NCBI GenBank assembly: GCA_002633005.1
Contig: NMRA01000320.1
Location: 126,720-190,719, forward strand
Length of the DNA: 64,000 nucleotides
Origin: Phoronis australis
Taxonomy: Eukaryota; Animalia; Phoronida
Reading direction: 5' to 3'
This document shows, one piece after another, positions 39,701-54,700 of this stretch. The stretch's first letter is position 1. The number at the start of each line of letters is the position of its first letter. Position numbers and translations under genes: made by a program. The notes below the pieces were generated by a model. It made no database searches and had not been told where the DNA came from. It was given only the letters and a program-made list of their open reading frames with translations.

Positions 39701-42700
39701 TTGCGCATTTCAACAATGACATTCATTATATGATTTACAGTTAGCGCTGACTGCTTATCTATAATTTTACACTCACAGACTGTCTGCAGCAAACTTGAGC
39801 CCATATTGGATCATACAACTGGCTCATACTCGCCCCAATTGTAAAGTATGTGTGCAGATATGCAATCTACCCTATGCTAAATCTCCGCCTTTAAAGCTCC
39901 CTTGCCCAATAAAAAAGAAATGCAATGGCTTAACAGATGGCCACACAAGACAGTGACAGCGATGACTATGTTTACCTTCTCTTCTGGCGTAGACCCAGCC
40001 TGTAGTGTCTTTACAGCAACAGCGAGCCAGGAATCGGTGATCATTGCCTCTCCACCATACACGGTGCCGAATGCACCCTGACCCAGCTTGCGGTTGAGCA
40101 CCACATTTTCACGAGGTAACTCCCATTGGTCCAAAGTCAACCAATGGTCGTCTTGCATAAGGCCTAGCTCCTCCAGTCTTTGGCGAGTTTTCTGCACCTT
40201 GGCAACATACCTGAACAGATGCAGAATCTTCAGACATACCATGCTTTTGACAGAGATGCAGTGCTGATATCATCTGGCAAACTACAACATCATTACTCTA
40301 TAAGCACTATACCAAAGACGCAGGGGCCGTTCCAAGAAAACGGACTAAGCTAAGACTAACCTTAAATTTCAGGCAATTTTAAGATAAAACTTATTTGTCT
40401 CAAGTCAGCTTCTTGGAACGGGCCCAAGGTTCATAACATCAATATAACTGCAAGCAAATTAGAAACTATTCATTAGACAATCTGTTGGAAAATAGTTGCC
40501 TGACTCACCTCCTTACAATCAAAAAGACGATAACTGCTATGAATAACAGACACAGTCCCACACCCAGGACGTTGGCGACAACGATAGCTTCAGAGCAAGA
40601 AACTCCCAGCAGTGCACGGAACGATTCAATGCTGCACTTCTCTTGGCCAACTGATAGAAAAAAGTCAACAATCACAAGTGACTAGGAGATTAGCACAATA
40701 TTGTATTAAAAACAGTACTGACAAAAATGCATCTCTTTTGAGTTACAAGGCCTAATTACTAATAACCACTGACAACTGAAGTGACAAAGATGGTTCGAAA
40801 TATGTACTGAAGCGGTAATATCGATACCTGCTTTCCAATACAGAAAGGAACTCTAGACCACAGAACGCTAAGAAATTGGTCTCAACATTTTCCTTAGTCA
40901 AACTTGTCTCAACATGTTCCTTAGTCAAATTGGTCTCAACATGTTCCTTAGTTAAATTGGAAGTTATTTCAGGGTTTCAAATAAGGGACGAGGCTCTCAC
41001 AAGTTAGCTTGGCACGGCGTGTCATGTTACGTGTACAGCATGGTCTCAAAGACGAATGAACTGCCAGTTCTTTACAAATCCAGAAATCACTTCTGATCCG
41101 AGTAAGGAATAATTAAGTTGAGATCAATTTGATAGCGGTAAATGGTCAAAATAAAAAGTTTCCGTCTTGGACGCAATGCGAGTCTACAGTCACTCTGAAC
41201 AATAACTTTGTGACATCCTGAAAAGGAATTCATGTCTAATCAAGAGCTTACTTGCATTTTCTGTAGTCAGTATACGGGTGAGTATGAGCCATCACATAAG
41301 GCATTCAATTACTGGAAAATGGATCCCCTTTGACAAAAAGAGAAAGTTTAAATTTTAGCTTCAATAAAGGGAAGGAAAAGTGCTTTCCCATTTGCTCACG
41401 CACTAACGAACAAAGAACTGGGATCTATTCCATTGCCTCCTCATCGCGCCATCCGTATTACGCCCGCCCACAATCCCAGTGCTGATGCCACCTACTCATT
41501 TCGCTGCCGTCAGTAGGTTGCTGTCCGCTGTACCACTTGATTTTGTCTTCCAACATCAGTGGCTTGTCATCTGGGTAGNCAGGGTTTCAAATAAGGGACG
41601 AGGCTCTCACAAGTTAGCTTGGCACGGCGTGTCTCAAAGACAAATGAACTGCCAGTTCTTTACAAATCCAGAAATCACTTCTGATCCGAGTAAGGAATAA
41701 TTAAGTTGAGATCAATTTGATAGCGGTAAATGGTCTAAATAAAAAGTTTCCGTCTTGGACGCAATGCGAGTCTACAGTCACTCTGAACAATAACTTTGTG
41801 ACATCCTGAAAAGGAATTTATGTCTAATCAAGAGCTTATTTGCACTTTCTGTAGTTAGTATACGGGTGAGTATGAGCCATCACATAAGGCATTCAATTAC
41901 TGGAAAATGGATCCCCTTTGACAAGAAGAAATAGAAAGTTTAAATTTTAGCTTCAATAAAGGGAACGAAAAGTGCTTTCCCATTTGCTCACGCACTAACG
42001 AACAAAGAACTGGGATCTATTCCATTGCCTCCTCATCGCGCCATCCGTATTACGCCCGCCCACAATCGCAGTGCTGGTGCCACCTACTCATTTCGCTGCC
42101 GTCAGTAGGTTGCTGTCCGCTGTACCACTTGATTTTGTCTTCCAACATCAGTGGCTTGTCATCTGGGTAGTACCATCCCACCACATCGTAACTACCCAGT
42201 CCCTCTGACAGGTTAAACTGTTTTACATGGATAATGCCCTGTCGGTCTGCACCCTGGAACAAGATCTGACCCGACACACCCTGGAAGTTGGTTGCCTGCG
42301 AATAAGAAGAAACCATTAATACATTTGTTGTTATCAGTGATACCAATATTATCTTCATGGCCGTCAATGACCTTTTTAAAAATAAGCGGACACGTCATGT
42401 ACGTTACAATGGATTGTGGGACACCGGAAATCCAAAACAAAACGTCCACCGGAAATCCAAAACAAAACGTAACCAATCAATGAACACAGAGAATATCGAC
42501 ATACACCTCCTGCTAACAGGAGTAATAAACATAATACAAAGTACACAGCAAGACAAAATAAAAAAAAACATTGACCTTTGACCTTAGTCCTGTATTTGCA
42601 TTTACTTCCCCCAATACAGTCTTTGTTTTGCTGCTACTGATATTGGTTGTGTTTGCTGTTCTCTCATTGTAATTTCCAGACAAGATGGGCTAGTCTGAGT

Positions 42701-45700
42701 TTATAGAACCGAATAAACGTTGGAGACGCTTCTTACAGTCTGAGTAAAAATTGCATTCGAGGCATGTTTTAGGAAACGTTTCTAGTCTAAAGTGCTGGAA
42801 CGTAGAACACAAGTGAAGTTACAGTCATAGGAAATACCCATACTGTTCAAGACCTAATATTTCACAAGCTGCAAAGAGAAGCCTTACCCTTATGAAAAAG
42901 AAAGTGAGAATCTCACTGGATTCCAGTTAGATGATTCCAGTTAGATTCTCACTAAACCACTCATTATAGCTAGCCAGTGAGAACCCACTGGGAATTGAAT
43001 AGCTGGGGCATTCAGTGAGAAAATAGTGAGAAAATGTTATGTAACAGTGAGAATTTTGGTCTTGGGAAAATTTGGAGTGAGAAACCAGTGAGAATTTTCG
43101 TCTTGAGGAAAATTCTGAGTGAAAATCCAGTGAGAATTTCAGACTTAGAAAATTTCTGAGTGAGAATCCAGGAATTGCAAAAAAAGTTTGTAGCTAAAAT
43201 GCTAGTCCATGAACACATTGCAGGAAGACTCCATGAATGGGTAAATGGTACGAGAAGCGGCGAAATTGCAAGTTATCGGATACGATGGCTGGCATCGGTG
43301 AAGATCTGAATGAAAAAACTGATGTGTGCTAAATAATGGCCAACCCATTTCCAGCCTAGGAATCCAGTCCACATCAACCTGAATATGACAAGACCTGAAA
43401 GATTTGTTGTCTACCTGTAGGTGTTTCATGAATTGAGCGGTAGTGTTGTCTGAGTGAAGACTGTTGATCGAAGATGCGTCTTGGGCCAGTAGTTTGTCGA
43501 GAGCCAGCGCATACATCCACACAGCATCGTAGGCATAGCCCGCAAATTCATTCTCCCACCAGAAGATTCTCTGTAATTCGTCTGCCGACTGAGACAAGTT
43601 TTGCTTCTACAAAAAACAACAAAATTCACATATCAGTTAAAAGTGCAATAAACTAGCATCTTCTTTCAAGAAAACAACTTTTTACTTTCGTTACAAAACC
43701 GGTCTTATCTTGCACCTTTGCCTGAGAAGCAATGACAATTCAATATTGTTTCAGACAAGGCTTATTACCTTGCTTGTCATGGCGGGTTGGTTTCAGTCAC
43801 TGAAGAAGTAAAGCCTTCCGGAGAATAGGAGGCATTTTATTACAATCTATTTCAGTTTCAACAACACGTACGTGATGACACTGTTTTGAAAGACCAAATG
43901 CGTGTGGCTGGGAAGAAACATTTTTGTTTGCCACCAGGTCAGGTTTTACAGCATCTATTATGCAAAATACTAACAACATGACTGAACTGTGTCAAATAGT
44001 CTAACAGATGTCCAGGTGCACCACATACATCCATTTGATGAGGTCTCAATGACTAGATGAAACGTCAAATTAATATGAACTTTTTCATTTGTGCAGCGAT
44101 TGTCCGTTTTTTGACATCCAATTAAGGTACACAGGCCTTAATAGTGGAACGATATTGCACCACTTGATGACTCTTGAAAATATAGTGATTCCAAACTGTT
44201 ATAAGCTGAAATTTTCATCTGTACCCGCGGCAGTACTAACTAAACACAGAGACAGTGCAAATATCTATGTATACATATACAACCATTGCAAATGAACCCC
44301 AAGTGAGAGGCCTACCACACAATCAGTTTCAACAGTGAGGTGGTTCGGATCTACGCAGAAATGTTGGAGAGACTTTCATGAACACTTGAGTCAAATGCTT
44401 GGAAACGCAACTGAATATTGCTAAGATCTAGCCTGCCTATGGGCGTTGACAAAAAACAACACAAACGCCACCTAGTAGTGAAAGATATTACCAATTTGGT
44501 TACCAGCATAAGAGCACTACAAAGAGTGGATATGCACCCAATGTGTGCATCGCGTACTCAGAACAGGTACAAGGGATGATCTTTGTTTCAATCAGTTCCT
44601 GAAATTTGAATGCACACAAATTGTCGCAACATTGGTCGATTCATTTGTAGAGTTCTAAATAATGATTTGTCATGTCGCGTCCAGAAATATGACTGAATCA
44701 TTTGTCATCTTTAAGGTATTATACTAAATTTATATTTTTCGACCAAAACAATCATCGCAGCATTACAGTTTATACTTACCAGGTCAATTCTCTCTTTGTA
44801 AGCCTTCTTCCACCTGCCCACGGTCATGTTGCCGATGGCTTGAGTATCGTCGCTGTCGTAGTAGGCGGTCGATAATATGAAATGACCTTGGACAACAACC
44901 TTCATCTGCTTGGTATCACATTTCACAAACTCCTGAGACCGAGGTTCCCACACATGTGGCACGCCATTGTAATAGTCCGTGTCAAACCAGTCAAAGCGGA
45001 ACCAGCTGGGAAGAAACCACACGTAACCGTTCTGCGGAGTCATGCCCTAGTGGGGACAATGAAACAGGTTAGTGACGGTACTTATATTTTTTCAATTATA
45101 ATCTCTTATTGGAAATCTAAAAGCTATAGACAACACTGTAAAGAGCAACAAAAGCATGGTTAAACTTAAACCCCCAATAGGTGGCGTAGTGCGGAGTGTG
45201 AAACTGCTTCTAGACTGGACCACTTATTGATATAAAACTGGTTTTTATTTGTTGTTAACGTCTCTCAGAGACTAGATTTACAAGAATTGTCTAGATTGAA
45301 AGTCATCAAAGTACTGAAACTAGACTTTTTTCATGGTAAGGTATTGCAATAATAACAAGCTTCTTGTCTTACCATCTTGTAGGCTTCACAGAGCAGTGCC
45401 CGAGCGTGTGCCTCGTAAAAATCACCGATGATAATTTTAACATGTTTGGCACGGAAATCTTCTAAGTACTGAAAATGGAGAAAATTCACAATAGATGGCA
45501 TTTCACTAGTTGATGGGCACATAACACTTTGGATCCCTAAGATGGCATCTAATAAATATTACGAGGCACTCAGACCACGGAGCAGACACGGAAAATATCA
45601 AAATGGTTATTTACAGATGTTCAAGAAAATTTTTACCATAAACGCTTGTATATTAGAATGAGACATTTTCTTCAACTTAGGCTTCACAGTCAGGGTCTTA

Positions 45701-48700
45701 AAGGAAGCGAAAAATATACAAAAATGTCACAGTCCGTACTTTTGACAACAACAAACAAAAGAAGACAGTGTAACAATGCAGAAGTACCTATCGTTAATAA
45801 AGCTAATTAGTCACTGTAATTGTTAATAAAGCAGCTTCATGGAAAACATTAATGGCTCAAATTGGACAGCTAAAAATATGAAACTCCAACAAAAGATTAC
45901 AACTATCAACAGTCATAAGAATTCTACAAAAATACAAATTTGAATTAAAATTTGTTAAAACTGTTGTTCTTCCAATGCATGTTACGTCATCAATTATGCA
46001 TAAAATTTCACCATGGGTTGGTTGACAACAGAAAAATGCAAAATGCCCTAAAACGAAATAAAATATTCTTCTGCAGAAAATTGGACAAAGAAAAACTTTT
46101 CCTGTTAGTCATATTGTATTGGAAATTGAAAGCGCTTTGATCAAACCTGTTTGAGATCTGTGGTGTTTGTTAACATGTGCGGTAATTTAGTCATCTGCGC
46201 GATCTCTATGTTGTTCTTTTTGAACACATCCTGAAGAAGGGTGTGAAACCTCGTGTATTCTTTCCCGTCCGTAATTATGGTGCCAACGCGCTTCCACTTC
46301 ATACTCATAAAGAGTCTGGCGTAGACATTTCTGAAAGAGCAGAAAGCGTTGTGTTACACGCATGAACATGCAAGTCACACAGGTAACTAAAATTTATGAA
46401 TAAAACATGATAGATTAACACAGAAGTGAACTTCATAATATGGGCATGGCCATGTTTTTATATCGATTAATCCGCCAAGACACTGTGGTTTAGAGCAGAA
46501 CACAGGATGACGCTTAATACATACGAGTCCATGAGTTGATCATGCACACCGCGCACGTGCACTGGAGTGGTAGAGAACTAGGACGAGCAAATAAGCCGAT
46601 TTTTACAGTGTGCGCTATAGGGACTTGGCAACAGAATGCAAATTTCCCGCAAAATAGTGTGTAAATGGTAAAACCAATGCTTGATCATGAATTTGCGCCG
46701 TCAGTGTGTGAATAGTTTGGGGTGATTTGAACACGGAATATTTCATATCATTCAGGAACTTTGTCTCTTAGATCTCGGTATTAGTTCCGGACTGTATATT
46801 TTTATATCTTTACTGGCACCGACATTGAGATACACACTACAAAACAAGTGATAGAGCTTTTCAGAAATAAATGTTTTTTTGTTATCTCTGAAGTTTCAGA
46901 AACATTATAATTATAAACTTTTGGCAATTTAGTTGATGCGTAATAAAGAATATAAGGAGCCTCATACTCCCATTCACTTTGGGAAACTCACGTGTATAGG
47001 CTTGTTTAATCTGCCTACTTAAATATTCAAAATGGACGAAACCATGGCCTTGTGTATAACCAGGAACTGGATCAATGCAGACAATCATTGTTTCCACTAA
47101 TGAAGAAAACCAGCACAAAATTTGCACCATTTTACTCTCACAATCTATCATTTTGTAACAAGTGGCATAAGAAGTACTACAGTAAAATTTGGTCATGGTG
47201 GTATGGAAATCTAGATATCATCAACGGACTACTTGAACACTACTAGATTTGCAAATAACCCGATAACTAGCAGTACAAGACGGTGTATTTCCCACTTTGA
47301 CACCTAAAATGTGAGCAAGTTTTAACGGACGAACACTTTTTTATTTTGTTTAATCCGGTATATTCCTACATTGTTATTTCAAGCCTTTGCCATCAGACTA
47401 ATGAAAAAATGAAATGGTGACTTTTACATTGTTAAATGTGACGGAAATACTAAACATTCAAAACAACCAATGACTTATTATGGTATTTCAATGAACCATG
47501 AACACTAACCATGTTCACATGCTTAAGTTGATACAGGTCAGTAAATACAAGTGAATTTAAGGTGGATTTTATAAGTGCAGTCACAAGTCAATTTGAACTA
47601 TTGCTCTACTGGTCTCTGGCAAGAGGCGGCAATGCAAAATATCAAGAGGCAACTAGGGTCACGTTAACACAATTGACCTGTGTCTTAAAGGACCCATGAC
47701 CCCAAGCAGTGACCTGAGACGACTGACAGGGGCATTGCAATAAACTACATCTGCTGAATGTGCAATTGCATTAAGTTAATTTGAAATAATACTAAAAATT
47801 AGAATTAATTAAATGTCTACTAGTTTTCCCGAAGTGCTCAACCTGGTGGTTGTGATATCACAAAATGAAAACAAATGTACTCATGGGAGCTTATTTCACT
47901 CTTTTAGATCATACCTCTTTCATACACCAAAAAATTAAGGCAGAGAGTACCGTATACGCCATTACACATGAACATATAATCGCCGGAGGTTTACAATCTC
48001 ACCACAACAACGTGACGCGTATGTCCATCACTGTGATTGGCTGCTGATTGACCTTGACAATGAATGACCCCAATGAAATATCAAGCATGTTAAGGTAATC
48101 ATACACGTCATGTAGTGGCGAGACTGTGAACCTCACCAGAACAGCAGATAGCCATGTGCATCACATAGTGGTGAGATTGGAAACCAACCCAGACTTCCAG
48201 CGATTCCTACCTTACGGCATACACAGAAGTCTCTCTTTCACTTACAGTTCATACAGACAGTGAGCTCCCATGAGTGTACTAAGCTTACGTCTACAGAAAA
48301 CACCAAATGATTATCACGTGACACACTATATCATACTTACCCGTACTCGTTGATCTCGGGGTTGGTGCGAAAGAAGAAAGGATAACTTTGGCGGTTACTT
48401 AGCGACAGGGCCTCCACACTGTAACTGATGATGATGAAGTTGTAATGTTTCGCCACGCCGGCAATGGGTTCAGCCGTGTCAGAACATGCAGGACCTGTGA
48501 ACAAACGAACATAACAAGACCCTCCAGCACAGCATAGTCCGCAATATCGAGTTAGTCGCAGGCCTGTTCGGTAGGCATAACCACAGACGCTCATGAGAGC
48601 TAAATATGAATTGATTATTTCTCCGTAATTACCACATGTAATCCATCTTGAACAAAATCTCCAAGGCCAGGTGTTTTATGACTTGTGGTCTCAATGCACT

Positions 48701-51700
48701 GGCAGGACTACATACGGTAATACTATGCCGGACTCGTCACATCAATATAAGAAAAACGCCAGTCGGACTTTTTTTGTTTAAAAGCCATTTTTAACTGATT
48801 TTTATTCTAATAACAGATTTCACTATAGCTCCCAATACTAAAGGGCCTTTCATATAAACTTAACTCTGTTACGAGCGGATCATGGACTTAAACTGCGAAG
48901 TTAGTTGAATCATTCCTACCAGCTTCGGTAGTTAATGGCATCGAAGTAAAAGGTAGGTGACGCTGTCGTCATTGAAGTTACCACAAGGTAGCGCTGATGC
49001 ATCCTGTGCATGTTAAGATTTTTAATGTGACAATTTGAGAACATTTACATGTGCTAATTGACATAAAACTTATTTTTATTTGATTGGTGTTTATTCAAGC
49101 AAAATATAAGTAACTATTAGCAACGACACGTCCCATTAATTGTTGGCGATACCAGTGGCTCCTGACGATTGCGCACCACAGCGCTGATGCTCCACTGTTA
49201 AATCCACCTATTTACTGCAAAGTTAACTGGCGCTGTTAACTTTGATCCAGGACCAAAGCTAACCGTTTATACTGATTGCAACTCCCCAAAACATCGGCGC
49301 GTCGATAGTATGAAAGAGCCTTAATCGGTTCTGTTGTTAATAGGATGGATTGTTCACAAAAGTCAAGCACCAACATTCCCATAAAGATCGTAACCACCTC
49401 ACCATCAACACCGATTGTGAGACAGGCCTCTCATGGCGGTTCATTGGCAAATTGCCAGCGACTCCCAATCACACTAGAACTTGTCCTACTATAAACTAAT
49501 TCATAACTGAGCCAGTGGATGACTAAGATCCAAGTTTATAGAACGACAAGTGATAATTTCTTAGACACATCTAAACACAAATACTAAAAGGAAACATTGA
49601 AAGTGAAGATGAACACAAGTTACAACATTAAAATGTTACAAAATACATAACATACATAAATACCACAAATTCGTAAAACATACGGTATATACAAATACGG
49701 GCAGGTACGTTTGATATTAGGATAAAAACTGGGACAGTTGGAAATTTATCTCTCTGCATATCCATCACTATACGGTCACTGACCGTGACCAGATATTCAC
49801 AGTGTTCTCAGAAACCTGTTTGTAAACAAGCACTTGGTAATCTGAGACCACTGTTATACCAGGTCAAAACAAAAACAATTCTTTTGATAATTATGTGACA
49901 GGTCAACCAAGTGAGAAAGTAATTGCAAACTCATTCCAGTCAATATTTTACTGCCAATGATTCATGTGGATCAAAAAACTCAGCGCAAATATTTGAACTC
50001 GTTGGTACGTCATACGACCATAAAACAAACAATGAATCACATGAAATGAGTAGGTTTGCCCATGAGGACGATTGAAACACTCAAACTGCATTGTGTAGAT
50101 AGGAAAGTAGGAAAACAAAGATAGTCAACAGTTACTCAAGAGAAAACGTGTTCATGTGTACAGGATTTTCAAGTCATTCTAGTCTACCACTGTGGTGGAG
50201 GCTATCTCAGGTCTGATGAAATAGGTCTAGTGTACAAAACAGTACAATGCATTTATGCACACACATAGCAGCAGAACTGTTTAGTGGCCATCAATAATCA
50301 GTAGTCAGCTGCATATGAAGTGATCCTGAAACAAACACAGCCTAACTGCACGGCAAAAGATCACCAATTTTGGACAAAACCGAATGACACAATTGGTCTT
50401 TTCTTTTTTCATTTGTCAAAAGGCTCCTAGTGCTGTGCTACCCCAATAAAATTTCACTGCATTCTTTGGGAGTGTTAAGATCATTAAGATAAGTGAACTA
50501 TGGTATAAAGAAAGTTAAAACAAGAACGAACCAGTTCATTTTATAGTCCGGAATATCTAAATGGTCCGGAAAGACTATTGGCACTAACAGGTAATGGTTA
50601 TCACTGACAACCATCTGACAAAAGCATTGTAATCCCAATGGCTGAGAAGATTCATAACCTAGATACCATTCCTCTGAATTGTTAAAACCAAGAAATTTCC
50701 AATATCAAGGTCTGATTTAGAATCATGGTCCATTAAACTTGACAAACAAGCCTATTGTGTTGGTACACAATGCTGGGGTAGTAAGCAGGGTCAGAGGTTA
50801 CAGTCACACAAAGGAATCAGCAGTTGAATGTTAATAAGTCTAATTTTTTGGTGATAGCCTTTCATAAAAATACATCTTCAAGACATTTGCTGAATGTCGT
50901 TTGGAAATAGCGTTTCTTAAATATTGTTTAGCGTCAGGCTTGCTGCTAACAACATAATTGCTGGATTACGTGAGCTTATCAGATAAACGCAGACAATGAG
51001 AAAGCTGGACCATGTAAACATTGGTTTGCCAATTTTCTCCCCTTGCTGTCACTGTCAAACTGATAAAGACACCGCTGCAACCAGAGTTCTCAGTCAGCGA
51101 AATCGGAGAAACTCAGCCCACAGCGCGGGAGCGTAACGGTTGCTGATTGAGAAATGAGATGTAGCACCTAATGTAATATTGTTGTCATTACTCACAATTT
51201 CATAAAACTAAGTGATGCTAGCTACAGCATTCAACTTTTAAAAAAATAATAAAGCACTTATTTGGTGCTATTTATCACGAATGAAAAAATTTAATAATCT
51301 GTTGTGCTGTGTCCGAAATCGTGAGATTTTCCCATGTAGAATTTTACTTCCTAGTGTGGCCTTTACATTGAAGGTCGTCTTGTAGGATGTACTGAGTTCA
51401 GTATATAAGACAAATGTTATCAATGGTCTCCACACATGTAGCAGCAACAGGACATCAAGTGTTTGCCATTTCAAATTATCAGTAATAAACAGCACATGAA
51501 GTTTGTCTTATTTACTAAGCCTGCTGTGATAGGGTATGAAATATAGAGGGGATGGGTACCCAATACAAATCCAGACAAATGGAATCTTCCAAAAAGAAAG
51601 TGTTTTTAATTCATACAGGAATTACTAATTATAAAATACATCATAATTATCAACATTTAAAGCTAGAAAATCATTAATAATAATACTAATAAAAAACAGT

Positions 51701-54700
51701 GTTTACCCAGTGCTTGCTCAAATCTCAGCCAATGCTTATTTGGTGATGCCGAAAAAAACGACAATAAATCTTTACACTGAAACAATCAGTGAACTCCATT
51801 CCATCCATGGTTTTGTCATATGTAGTTCAATGCTGACATGCCATATTAGAAAATCAAAACAAAGGATGCCACTGCAACACACGAACCAAAACTAATGGTC
51901 TTCAAACATGGCACTGTATGGGGCTTTAAACTTAGCTCTTTTAATTAACAATAGACCTTGAAATTGCACAGCACCACTCCTATTCCAACTTATTTACCCA
52001 CAATGCATGCATGCTTCTTCCTTTGCCAATGTATTCATCATAAATTCACATCTTAATCAATATGTAATCCATCATTGCAATGCGTGTAAACTTGTATAAT
52101 CCTATTTCATTATTTTTTATCATTTCTAGTTGCAGTGTTGACACCAAGAAATTGACAAAAGGGCAAATACTAGTGCTGGATGTACTTTAGTTGTTAACTG
52201 GTTCATTACTGCCTGACATTTTGAAAAGAAAGACAGTCATGTGATGTATGTTTCTACTACACTAAATAGGAGAACTCAATCCAGGACGGGTGTATTGAAA
52301 TGGTGCACAGGTAAACACATGTATAGCCATGTTATAAACACGGTCACTTGATATAGCACCAGGTCTAGGTTGCATAAAACTTCAAAATTATCCGCTGGAT
52401 ACGTTTGATTGTTGCATGATGTCAGGTAGATTGTTCAACAATAACAACGCGACACGCGTTAACACGACGTCATTGTTGCTACACAGCGTAAAACTTTTAT
52501 GCAGCTGGGCCCAAGTGGCTCTCTAATATTTAAGCTCATAAAGATCAATACAATCGCCGGGAGGAAGAGGACGTGATTTCCCAGAGAACTGAGATGACAC
52601 AAGACATCGCACAGAGTCTACTCAGCCAGAGGAGAGACTATAAGCACGACGCCATAGCTGCGTAAATATAACTCACCAAGGATGCCGATGAACTTGTGAG
52701 TGGTGTTAGTAATGTAACTGATGAATCCTTTCATGACGACATCCGGTGAACACATCGTGTCCTTAATCTCTAGCTGCAGGTTGTAGTCCTTGAGTAAAGT
52801 AGTGTTCTCATTCACCAGATCCAGCGCCATCTGGGCACCTGCAGACAAAGCAACACATGAACATGGGCTTTGAAGAAGGTAGACCACTCCCTGAATAGGT
52901 AACTTATGTGCACCTTAGTAGTGATTATACGGCAAATGTGTAGATTTTAAAAGTACAATCTTGAAAAGAAGAGTTATACTTACATTTAAATGAAGTTAAA
53001 GTAAAAATGAACTGGTTAATTGAGCCAAAGAAAACGTGTGTAAGATCCATTTGGCCATAATACATACCACATAGAACAAGAAAAGCTTATTTCACTACTG
53101 TTGCAAAAACAAAACAAACTTTTGACACTTGCCATTGTGGGCACGGGAAAGTCTCACCATAACTGTAACTGCCAGTAAACAAGGCTCAATGTACTTTTAA
53201 GCACATAAATATATAGCATATAGAAGAAAACACATCACAAACACAACAAAACTAAGCGAAACAGTAATTTAGATATCAAACAATATTAGGAACAAAATTT
53301 GCTATGACGCAAAACATGACGGCGTTCTCCTGTTCAGTGACTTTACCAGACAACAGATAACATCTAGCTTCTTTGGTAACTGCAGTCATTTGTCTGGTAT
53401 GACAGCAGGCAGGCCAATTATCTACCAGGCTTATTACAGACCACATGTGAACACAGTCAAACCCAGAGCGAATTGGTACCTTCGGAAGGAACAGATTATC
53501 ATAACTTCCATTGTAGTTGGGTGATTTTGGTGATTCAAAAACTAAACACGATCAGCATTTGACAAAGAATTCAGAAATGCTATTGGTTTATGTTCAAATG
53601 TGCTATAACTTAACTTATATTTTTAACAGCACAGCCAGGATGGATACGATCTTACTGGAGATAAGAGCAATTATCGAACAAAAGAGAGCTGGCCCTCCAA
53701 CCATAAATGCCAGAATGGAGTTAATCAGTCGTGTAAGATATTGGCTACGGGTGTCATCTTCCCAACTTGTTGTTGGGCTATAGAATCGAACAAGTTGGGA
53801 TCAATGGGAAAACGCCGTAATGATAATGAAATTGACCAGTGCTCCGAATTTTGCGTCTGTCCGCGATTAAATAACCATTTATAGGTATACTCCTACGTTG
53901 ATGACTCTCACAACATTTTCAGCTCGTTGACCTACTGCGCTCATCAGACGGTGTTTGAACACCAGTAATGGATGTGCAGGGCAAGGGTACTAATGGGATA
54001 TACATGTTTCACCTGTTACTTTATCGCCTCTTCAAAAGACACAACCAGACATTAACATAATGTACCTGGAATAATGCCAGGAGCAATCCAATCTGTGCCC
54101 GTTACTGGAAACATGCCACCAAGATAGATAGTAGTTTTATTGTCCAGTTTCTGGGGTATCCATGACGACCAGTGGTCCCGGTTCGTCTTGAGCCAATCAC
54201 AGGCAAAGTTTTCTGGATGAACAGAAGATGGTGATGTGCTGAAGTTCTTCAGCATTGCCTCATACTGTTCATGCGTGAACGACATACGTGAGATCAAGTC
54301 GTAGGCTAGAGGGGCTTGTGTCTTCACGGCTGACCAAACATACTTGGTCATTTCATGCAGTTCAAAGTCGCAGTTTTGCGGCGCTTGTGACGGACTGCTG
54401 TCACAGGCAGGAAACTTCATTCTGGTGTAGTCACCACTGACAGACAGCAAGCTTGGCACATGACTGAAAAACAGTGTGGGTAGACTGGACGAGGTCCTCT
54501 GCTTCACGATTCTTGTCAGGTTGGACTTGACGTGGGTCACGTCGACATTCAAGTGGAGATTACGAATTTGCTTTTCCAAAATGCCTTGGTCAAATTCTGA
54601 AATGACAAGTTTTTATACTGTCAGTGTAACATTTAATTAAAAAATAGTGCGTTAAAAGTTTGAAACAAATTAAAGTAAAAATAAAGTCTCATTTTGTCAT

